32,455 nt of DNA from Bdellovibrionales bacterium (GTDB lineage: Bacteria > Bdellovibrionota > Bdellovibrionia > Bdellovibrionales > JAMPXM01), in assembly GCA_043739185.1 (NCBI GenBank), contig JAYUEN010000431.1, positions 1 through 32,455 of the forward strand, given 5' to 3'. Shown one piece after another: positions 8,939 to 18,500 of the stretch; position 1 is the stretch's first letter, and each line of letters opens with the position of its first letter. The notes beneath the pieces are model-generated. The model searched no databases, was not told the origin of the DNA, and was given only the letters and a program-made list of their open reading frames with translations. The translations under genes and the position numbers were made by a program.

Positions 8939-9502
8939 ATGCTCAGTTTATGTCTTAAAATAGCCTTGCTCATTTCTACAATTGGTTTTGGCCTCCCAGG
9001 CCTAGCTAAGGATGATATTGATACTTCCTCTTCGACTTCGCTCAGAAACCTACAGCCCAACTACTTAAGTTATGATCGGCTCGGTCTTGGAATCAAATGG
9101 GGTACTCTGACCGGAGTGAGTGCAAAGTATTGGATGGACGACTTTCAGGCCGTCGAAATCACCGCAGCTTTTGCGGATGCCAATACCGCAATCGGAGTAG
9201 ACTATCTTTGGAATTTTCGCGGAGCCCTTGCAAATTTGGGCAAATTCAAAGAAGTCGATAATTTTGTGCCTTTTGCCGGTGCGGGTTTACTTTCAAGCTT
9301 CGGAACAAGTGCATCTAATAGTCGACTCTTTAATCATGATACCGATAGTTTTGACCTAGCGGTGCGAGTACCTATCGGTATGGAATTTATTCCGACCACA
9401 GTACATATGGGGATTTTCGCAGAGATTGGGCTTGGTTTCGGATTTATTCCAAATTCGTATAGCTTTGCAACTGCCGACATCGGCGCCAGATATTACTTTT
9501 AA
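8939..9502 (+). CDS. Outer-membrane beta-barrel protein (DUF3996-like)
   Basis: Signal peptide from ATG 8939 (AAGGA RBS). GLGI..G..TGVSAKYW, VRVPIGMEF and C-terminal GARYYF beta-signal. Confidence 0.7.
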   Translation: MLSLCLKIALLISTIGFGLPGLAKDDIDTSSSTSLRNLQPNYLSYDRLGLGIKWGTLTGVSAKYWMDDFQAVEITAAFADANTAIGVDYLWNFRGALANLGKFKEVDNFVPFAGAGLLSSFGTSASNSRLFNHDTDSFDLAVRVPIGMEFIPTTVHMGIFAEIGLGFGFIPNSYSFATADIGARYYF

Positions 9503-9567
9503 TATTAATCTGGGCGAAGGCGCCTCATGCTGTAAAGACATTTTTATTTTTATACTAAGGAGCTAAA

Positions 9568-10134
9568 ATGTTAACTAAAAAAGTATCTGTAATCGCCGGG
9601 AGCTTACGACGCGAATCCTATAGTAAAAAAATTGCGAAGCTACTTACAGAGATTGCGCCTCGTCCGCTGGAACTTCAAATCTTAAAAATCGAAAATCTTA
9701 GTTTCTATAATCAAGACCTTGATGAGACGCCTCCACTTGCGTGGACTGAATTTCGCAATCAAATTAGGAGCTCAGACGCAATTATTTTTGTTACTCCTGA
9801 ATACAATCGGTCTATACCTGGAGTTCTCAAGAACGCCTTAGATATTGCATCAAGACCTTATGGTCAAAACGCATTTGAAAAAAAGGCGGCAGGAGTCATT
9901 AGCATTTCAATCGGCGCCCTTGGTGGCTTTGGCGCAAATCATCACCTGAGGCAAATACTTGTTCCTCTCAATATGCCAACAATGCCGCAGCCTGAAGTCT
10001 ATTTGGGCGAGGCTAAGAAATACTTTAGTGACAGTGGTAGCTTCATAAGTGAACCGACGAGGGGCTTACTCATTAAATTTTTGAGTTCATTTAGTGATTG
10101 GATTGAAAGATCGAAAGTACAAATCTTAAGCTGA
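9568..10134 (+). CDS. NADPH-dependent FMN reductase (ChrR/YieF-like)
   Basis: GSLRRESYS, TPEYNRSIPGVLKNALD and GGFGANHHLRQ. RBS AAGGAG. Confidence 0.92.
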   Translation: MLTKKVSVIAGSLRRESYSKKIAKLLTEIAPRPLELQILKIENLSFYNQDLDETPPLAWTEFRNQIRSSDAIIFVTPEYNRSIPGVLKNALDIASRPYGQNAFEKKAAGVISISIGALGGFGANHHLRQILVPLNMPTMPQPEVYLGEAKKYFSDSGSFISEPTRGLLIKFLSSFSDWIERSKVQILS

Positions 10135-10275
10135 GAAATTATTCGTTGCAGCGGTCGGGCGAAAATTCCCAATTGGGCAAGGATGCCGTTGAGTTACTTA
10201 GCCAATAAAATCAGCATCAATAAAAATTTTGAATTAAAACAATTAGTTATTTTCATAAGATCGCAAAACTTGTGG

Positions 10276-10291
10276 TGGCATTGACATTGCT
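10276..10291 (+). promoter_or_regulatory. Predicted sigma-54 promoter TGGCATTGACATTGCT
   Basis: Near-consensus TGGCA-N6-TTGCT, 43-49 nt before ATG 10334/10340. IHF-like AAACAATTAGTTA at 10237-10249. Confidence 0.82.
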
Positions 10292-10333
10292 CTAACAGAA
10301 AGTCGTTCCCAAACAACAAACAAGAAAAGGTAG

Positions 10334-10972
10334 ATGCATATGAAGAAACTAATACTCACCCTCGTTCTCTCTTTAGTCGGATCAGGATTTGCAAATGCTC
10401 AAGCACTAGTTGCGGCTGTAAATTTTGATGATATGAAGGCGACCTGCCAAAATCCCGCCAAATTTCACAATCAAATTGCACCGACAAATATTCAGTTGTC
10501 TTGCAAAGATTTGATTTATAAATGGGTTCCGGATCAAGTTGGCAGCTATACATTACCAACATCTCGCTTGGTAACAGCTTCGCTCATTTCTGACAAATTC
10601 TCAGTATCACCACTTACCGCTGCGGTTGCATCAGAGGTTCAAGTTGCTCAATGCGCCCAGTACAAACAAGTTGCTGAAAGTGTCGAGACCGTTCGCTCAA
10701 TGAGTTGTGCTGATGTGATTTCTTACACCGGTACATCAATTGATTTTTGTAAAGTAGCCCTTGATTCTTTGCGCATCGCAAACAGAAATGTTGTGAGCTC
10801 ACAAGAGACAGGCAAAACTGTTAGTCTTTGCGGCAATTCAGCCCACACTGAAGTGGCTGTGGTCTCAAATCTAACTGAGGATCAAGTGGATCGCCTCGAA
10901 CGCGAAGTAAAACTCGCACGAGAAAACGATGAAAAGGCCCATATGAAATCACATCGTATGATGGGCCGATAG
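10334..10972 (+). CDS. Secreted cysteine-containing hypothetical protein
   Basis: MKKLIL...ANA signal peptide, six Cys, charged C-terminal helix. Confidence 0.75.
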   Translation: MHMKKLILTLVLSLVGSGFANAQALVAAVNFDDMKATCQNPAKFHNQIAPTNIQLSCKDLIYKWVPDQVGSYTLPTSRLVTASLISDKFSVSPLTAAVASEVQVAQCAQYKQVAESVETVRSMSCADVISYTGTSIDFCKVALDSLRIANRNVVSSQETGKTVSLCGNSAHTEVAVVSNLTEDQVDRLEREVKLARENDEKAHMKSHRMMGR

Positions 10973-11007
10973 TTCAGTCTTGCTTGAAAAAATTTAGTTC
11001 TGATGCT

Positions 11008-11039
11008 TGGCCTCTCCTGTTTGAAAATGGGAGAGGCCA
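11008..11039 (+). other. Intergenic hairpin TGGCCTCTCC-N12-GGAGAGGCCA
   Basis: Perfect 10-bp stem with no U-tract, so possibly an mRNA stabiliser or weak terminator. Confidence 0.6.
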
Positions 11040-11076
11040 TGTACGTATTAATTCTTAATTTATAAAGGTTTTAAAA

Positions 11077-12198
11077 ATGAAATGCATATCTTATATTGTG
11101 GCGCTTAGTACACTTACTGCCTGTGGAAATAATACTTTGTTTATTCCCACGAAGGCCTCGCTAGATCCTGCTAGCTCGATATCAGCCAATGTGCGTGAGT
11201 CCGGTGATCTGATGAGGGCTCTGGGATTTGAGAATATCGATCTCTTAAGTGATCCTGCTTTGACCGCAGTCACTTCCGAGTTTGGATTCACGATTATTCA
11301 TCTTAAAAAATTGCCGTTTAAATCTGACCTCGCCGTTGCCAATGTCGTACCGTGGTCCTCATGGTGGTTTCCTCAAAGAGAAAAAACCTTATTTGATGAT
11401 TCGCAATCTAATGGCATGGCCACTCTAAACAAATATGATTTGGTTCGGAAATCACGAGACCCAAGACTGGGCTCGGCTGCAGCTTTCGAACGCCAGTCTT
11501 ACAAACCGAACTCGCTTGCCTGGGAAGGACTATGCGATGCTTGGTCGATCGCCTCAATTGTTATGCCAGAACCAAAGCATTCAGTTACGATCAGCATAAA
11601 TGGCTGGCAGAAAGCCGTCACCTTTGATGTTGTAGATCTCAAAGCACTCATGCTTAAAACTTACGAGGCCGTTGATGATTCAGGCTTTAAATACTATGGA
11701 CAGAAATTTACTGGCGATAGCAATGGCTGGGTATTTCCTGACATTTTCCCTGATCAGTTTCACCGATTTTTAGAAATTCAGCTCTTTCAAAAAAAACAGG
11801 CATTTATTATGGATCATGACCCCAGTGCCGAAGTTTGGAATGTCCCGGTTTTCAAAGCAAATTATACCATTGATTCAATACCAGGAGAGCCGAACTCAGT
11901 TTTTGTAAGAACTTGGGTTTTTTCGGCAGAACAAGTGACAGCTGACAAGAAATCTTCGGTTGGAACTCGGGAGGCAATTCGCGAATACAACTATGTTCTT
12001 ACTGGAATCAGAAATTCAAGTGGCGACCTATTGGTAAAATCAGGTTACTGGACAAAAGGCCCCACAGGTGTCGATTCGCGAAGAGATCATCCCGATTACC
12101 TGACAACTATACCGGATCCACAAAGGCTGATTCGCAAGAGTTGGAATCCTGAAATCGATATCAAACTAGTTGATGAAATATTATCTCAATCTTTTTAA
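11077..12198 (+). CDS. Lipoprotein with transglutaminase-elicitor (GP42/TGase_elicitor)-like domain
   Basis: Lipobox LTAC. Motif order PWSSWWFP, KYD, WEGLCDAW..ASI..PEP, DLKAL, VWNVPV, HPDY matches my recollection of this family. Confidence 0.65.
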   Translation: MKCISYIVALSTLTACGNNTLFIPTKASLDPASSISANVRESGDLMRALGFENIDLLSDPALTAVTSEFGFTIIHLKKLPFKSDLAVANVVPWSSWWFPQREKTLFDDSQSNGMATLNKYDLVRKSRDPRLGSAAAFERQSYKPNSLAWEGLCDAWSIASIVMPEPKHSVTISINGWQKAVTFDVVDLKALMLKTYEAVDDSGFKYYGQKFTGDSNGWVFPDIFPDQFHRFLEIQLFQKKQAFIMDHDPSAEVWNVPVFKANYTIDSIPGEPNSVFVRTWVFSAEQVTADKKSSVGTREAIREYNYVLTGIRNSSGDLLVKSGYWTKGPTGVDSRRDHPDYLTTIPDPQRLIRKSWNPEIDIKLVDEILSQSF

Positions 12199-12425
12199 AA
12201 CTTCGTCATTCACTTGATGTGGGGCTCGCATCAGAATTGTAAAAAATGTTTTTATGTAAGCCCTAAAATTCAATTTAGCCGAATCTGCTTTCGATCAACA
12301 ATTTACACTCGGTCATTTTGCCCCATACTTTAAATTTCAATTCGGTTGGAGTCGAACCCAACCTTTAATTAATTCATATGTGATAACTAACGACTCAGCA
12401 AACGAATTGATCCTCATTTTTAAGT

Positions 12426-12441
12426 TGGCAGCTATATTGCT
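12426..12441 (+). promoter_or_regulatory. Predicted sigma-54 promoter TGGCAGCTATATTGCT for the glucan synthase
   Basis: Near-consensus TGGCA-N6-TTGCT, 62 nt before ATG 12503 and 97 nt before TTG 12538. Confidence 0.82.
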
Positions 12442-12537
12442 ATATCTCACACCTGTACGAGAAATTCTAACTTAAGCGCCAAGATAAGAAAAAGAGTAAA
12501 ACATGAAAATTCAAAGCACTCGCTTACGAATCGAAAG

Positions 12538-15500
12538 TTGATTTTGATAAATCAAAGCAACGAGAACGCAATTAAGGGTGAAATCTATAGCGTCGAGCGA
12601 CTCGAAGAGTTTGCAGTCTATCTCGCGGCCCAACTAGATGTCGGCGCCAAACCCAAAGTTGCGCATTCATTACTACCGAGAATGCGCGACAATGGTATTA
12701 AACTTTTAGAATCTTATCGAACTCTGACTGATGCCGTTCATAAAAAACAAAGTATTCCCCCGGCCGCTGAATGGTTAACTGATAATTTTCATATCATTGA
12801 AGACCAACTGCGGGAGATTCAAGAGGATCTACCTCCCGCATTTTACAATGAGCTTCCAAAAATTTCCTTGGGCGAATTGAGTGGGTATCCGCGAATTTAT
12901 GCAATCGCATTGGCACTCATTGCGCATACCGATAGCCAACTCGAACCGGACACGATACGAAGGTTTGTTCTGTCCTATCAAAAAGTATCAACTTTAAAGA
13001 TAGGTGAGCTTTGGGCGCTGGCCATTACACTTAGGCTAGTACTGGTTGAGAATTTACGCCGAATTGCCGTGCAAATGGTGGCCGATTATGAAAACACAAT
13101 TTTTGCAAATAACTATGTAGATCGTCTTATTGAATTGGTTGCGAACAAATCAAAATTTCAAAACTTGATCTTGAAGCTCCCGAAGTATTGGCGCAAATCG
13201 ATTCACAATGACTCTGCTGTGATGGCTCAATTTGCCAAACGCCTTCGCGACCAGGAGCCTGAGCTTTTTCCTGCTCTAGAAGCACTCGAAAAACATCTGG
13301 CAAAAGAGAACTCCTCGATTGAACATATCGTCCATCTTTCGCATCATATACAGGCCTCGAATCAAATAAGTGTAGCAAATATAATTACCAGTATGCGGCT
13401 TTTATCGAGCCTCAATTGGCGGGATTTCTTCGAAAGCCTGAGCATGGTCGATCGGGTTTTAGAGAAAGATCCTGTCTATTCGAAAATGGATTTTTTAACT
13501 CGCGATCGCTACCGGCATGTAATTGAAAAGCTGAGCAAAAAGACTCAAAGCTCAGAGATTGAGATCTCTGAAAAACTCATTCAAATTATCAGTGACGTTG
13601 AAGTCAAATCTCCTGAAGATTCTCGAAAATCTCATATCGGTTACTATTTGATTGGACAGGGAGCCAAAAAACTACATCTAGATTTGGCCTATCAAAACAG
13701 ACTTTTATATTTTGCTCAAGCTCACCCAAACCTCATTTATTTTGGACTAATGGGCATACTTCTCGGTTTTTTTTGCGCAGCACCTCTTGTTTATTCAGTA
13801 TTGCACGGGGCATCGCTTGCATTACTATTTGGAATAAGTTTATTGATACTCATTCCCTGCAGTGACCTTGCGCTTACTTTTTCGAACTTTATTTTAACAC
13901 ACGCAATTCGACCAAAGAATTTGCCCAAACTTGATTTCTCCTCTGGAATTCCCGAAACCGCACGAACCATGGTGGTCATACCTTGTATGCTCTCTAACCC
14001 CAAAGTGGTATTAGAGTTAGTTGAAAAAATTGAAATACACTTTCTTGGCAATTCGGATAACCAATTACTATTTGCTTTGTTAACAGATTTTACCGATGCT
14101 GACACCGAGATTTTTTCGACTGATGATGACTTGGTCCGACTCGCAACTGAAAGTCTTGAACTACTCAACCAAAAATACAAAGGAGCAAAGGCCAAGCGAT
14201 TCTTTCTTTTTCATAGACGACGCCAATGGAATGAATCCGAAAATGCTTGGATGGGATGGGAAAGAAAGCGTGGCAAAATTCACGAGTTCAACCGTCTTTT
14301 GCGTGGCAATAAAAACACCAGCTTTACTATGGTGACGGCCCCCAGAGAACTTCTTCAATCAGTTCGTTTTGTCATCACCCTAGATGCCGATACCCAGTTA
14401 CCAAGAGATACTGCGCGCAAGATGGTGGGCACAATTATGCATCCTCTCAATCAAGCGAAATTCGATCAGAATTTGGGCCGAGTGGTAGATGGCTACGGAG
14501 TACTTCAACCGCGTATCGGAATTTCTCTAGAAAGCTCGGGACGATCAGCTTTTGCCAAACTTTTTTCGGGCAATACCGGAATCGATCCTTATACCACCGC
14601 AGTCTCTGATGTTTACCAAGATCTTTATCACGAAGGCAGCTATACCGGCAAGGGGCTCTATGATGTCGATGCATTTGAAGCGGCACTCAATAATCGCATT
14701 CCAGAAAATTCGATTTTAAGTCATGATTTGTTCGAGGGGCTTTTTGCTCGAACTGCACTTCTCACCGATGTTGAACTCATAGATGATTATCCGCAATCTT
14801 ATCATAGCTATTTCACCAGGCAGCATCGATGGACTCGCGGGGATTGGCAAATTAGCTCTTGGATTCTGCCTTTTGTTCGCAATCAAAAAAATGCTTGGGT
14901 CCGCAATCGCCTTCCCTTGATTTCTCGCTGGAAGATCTTTGATAACTTAAGGCGAAGCTTCGTCTCCCTCGCACTTTTTCTTTGGCTTGTATTAGCTTGG
15001 TCGAGTCTTCCTGGCTCACCCCTGTTCTGGACCGCTTCTGCACTTTTTATCATTGTTTCACCAGGTTTATTTCACGCCATATATGAAAGTTTTTTATGCT
15101 TATTTAAACAAAACCAATCGCGTTTTTTACTTGCAAGATTCAATATCAAAACCAGTCTCTTGCAGTGCTTTTTACGAATTGTATTTCTCGCTCATCAGGC
15201 AATTATTCACTTAGACGCTCTTATTCGTGTTCTCTACCGAAAAAATATCTCGAAATTAAAATTGCTCGAATGGGCCCCTGCAGCCCATATGGAGAGTCAA
15301 AAATTCAGTTTAAATCTACCATTTTGGCAAAGCTGTTGGCCAACTGAAGGCGCCTTGCTTGCCTGTGCTTTGTTCACATTAATTGTAAAGCCCCCAAGGC
15401 AACTCATGCCCGCACTGATTTTATTGGCACTGTATTTATTGTGGTTCAGCCACCCAGCTGTTGCCTTTTGGATTAGTCGCAAATCAATCCGCAGAAAAGA

Positions 15501-18500
15501 AATCCTCAAACCCGAAGCCAAAATAATATATCGTCAAATTGCACGCCGGACTTGGCATTACTTTGAAAGCTTCGTTGGAAGTAGTGACAACTGGCTCCCA
15601 CCCGACAATCATCAAGAATTTCCGCAGGCTCTCACCGCTCATCGTACTTCACCGACCAATATCGGACTCTACCTACTATCGGCCCTATCTGCCTATGATA
15701 TGGGTTTTGTGAGCTCAATCAAATTCATAAAACTTCTGAATGCAACACTGGAAAGTATGAAGAAGTTAGAAATGCATGAAGGTCACTATTACAATTGGTA
15801 CGATACCCAGAGCCTGCAAACTCTGCATCCAAAATATGTCTCAACCGTCGACAGCGGGAATCTCGCCGGATATTTATTGGTAACAAGAGAGGCTTGCCTT
15901 AAGTTTTCCAAGTATTTTGTAGTTGATCAAAAAGTATTTTCTGGCCTGAGAGATTTATTGCTCATTGCCGAAGGCGAACTCAAAGCTTCGGGATTATTTT
16001 CTTCTGAAATGAATGCGCACTTTTCTCAATGTTATCAGCTTCTCAGCTCATCTGAAGTTGAAAACAATTTGGATTGGGCCATTGTCTTAGATGAACTCGC
16101 CCTTTCATTTGAAAATATTTCTGATCTCATATTAAAAATAACGAGTTCCCCTGCAGATTTCGATATTAAAAAAACTCTTGTATGGATTGAGGCCGCAGGC
16201 CTTCAGCTGAAAGAAACCAAGAATGATTTAAAGATGGTCGCGCCCTGGGCAAATTCATCAAGACTTGGTTTTACAAGTCAAATCGCGAGCTATTCGGAAG
16301 TGCTCTCTTCGCGCTGGGAAAAGCTTGTAAGGGTCTCAATTCAAAACTGTCAATTTTCTGAAATTTCAAAAATTCATGAGCATATTCTTAAAGAACTTAA
16401 AGAAATTCGCGATCAAATTTCTCAGAAAAACGATCAAAGCATAAATCAAGTCTCAGGCCATTTGACATTGGGCAGAGAGCTTACCAATGAACTCTCTTTG
16501 TTGATTGATGCGACTCTTGCGGGAAAAGCATTTGTCCTTGGTCTCCTTTCTGAGGCAGAGGAAGCAGCGCAATTTTTAGAACAGCAGTTTGGCTCAATGA
16601 ATTTTAGTTTTCTTTTAGATAAGCTTCGCGGAGTATTCAGTATCGGCTACAATGTCACCGAAGGAAAATTCGACTCGGGTCTTTATGATTTGTTAGGATC
16701 AGAATCAAGACTTGCAAGCTTTTTGGCAATTGCCAAAGGCGATGCAACTCAAGAACATTGGTTTCTCCTCGGTCGTCAACTTGTCCCGGTGAGCGGAGGA
16801 AGAGCGCTCATTTCCTGGACCGCTTCAATGTTTGAATACCTGATGCCGAATTTAATCATGCGAAATTATGAAAATACTCTTCTCAATGAAAGTATTCACA
16901 GTGTGGTTTCTCGGCAAATTCAATACGGCAATGAAAACCGCGTCCCCTGGGGGGTGTCTGAAGCCGGCTATAATGCCCGTGATCTTCAGTTCAACTATCA
17001 ATACGGACCATTTGGAATTCCTGGCCTCGGTTTAAAACGTGGCCTCAGCCAAGATTTGGTGATTTCACCTTACTCTACAATTTTGGCCGCTCAAATTAGG
17101 CCCATTGCAGCCTATGATAATCTTAAAGTATTGATCGAAAATAAATTATTGCGGGAATATGGTTTTTACGAGTCGATTGATTATACTTCTGAGCGACTTC
17201 CGGAAAATCAAAAGTTTGCCGTGGTCAAATCTTTTATGGCCCATCATCAGGGGATGAGTTTAGTATCTATCAATAATATGCTTCACGATAATATTATGCA
17301 CGACCGTTTTCACAGTGATACTCGAGTCATGGCAACTCGTCTTCTACTACAAGAACGAATCCCACAAGGTATCACGCCAGTCTTGCCAAAAGCTGCAGAG
17401 ATTGAACTCGAGTCCGAGCCGCTAGCGACCACAAGCTCATTTGTTCGTCACTATACCGACCCGAGCGGAGCCGCGCCAAAAATTCAGCTCCTTTCAAATC
17501 GAAATTATTCAATTATGATTTCAACAGCGGGCGGCGGCTATTCTAAATGTAATGATCTTGCCGTAACAAGATGGAAAGAAGACCCAACTCGCGACAATTA
17601 TGGCAGCTATATTTTTATCAAAGACTCCGTTCAAGACAAACTATGGTCTAGCACTTACCAGCCATTAGCGGAGCTTCCCGAATTCTATCAAGTTTCTTTC
17701 GGCGAAGAAAAAGTTGAATTCCGTCGTCGTGACGGAGATATTTCAAGTCATACGCAGATTCTAGTCGCACCTGAAGACAATGTTGAAATCAGACATCTCA
17801 CACTTACCAATCATTCAAGCGAAGCTCGTACATTAGAATTAACCAGCTATCTAGAGCCTGTACTTGGTCCGCCGGCAAACGATTTAGATCATCCCGCATT
17901 TAGTAAACTCTTTATTCAAACTGAATTTCTCTTTTCAAAAAATGCCATTCTAGCTGGTCGGCGCAAGCGATCCTCAAATGACAAAGATATTTGGGGACTT
18001 CATGTTGTGGTGACGGACGGCGATTTGCTGGCGGATATTGAGTACGAAACCGATCGAATGAAATTCATAGGTCGCGGGCGTACCTTATCAAGCGCATTAG
18101 CGCTTTTTGAAGAGAAAAGTCTTTCAAATACATGCGGCGCAACGCTCGATCCAATTCTCTCGCTTCGGGTTAAAGTTCAAGTTCCGGCAAACGGTAAACT
18201 TCAAGTTGCGTTTACAACTGGATTGGCTCCAAGTCATGAGAAAGCGTTGGAATTGGCCGATCGATATCATGACATTCATGCCTTTGAACGCGAATGTAAA
18301 ATTGCCTGGACAAAATCGCAAGTTGATATGAGACATCTCAATATAGATTCAGCCGCCGCACACCTCTATCAACGCCTAGCTGAAAGAATATTGTATTCTG
18401 AGTCGACACTCAGACCACCCGCTCATAAACGAGCAGTTCATACGAATGTGCAATCGAGTCTCTGGCCAAGTGGCATAAGTGGCGATTTGCCTATAGTCGC

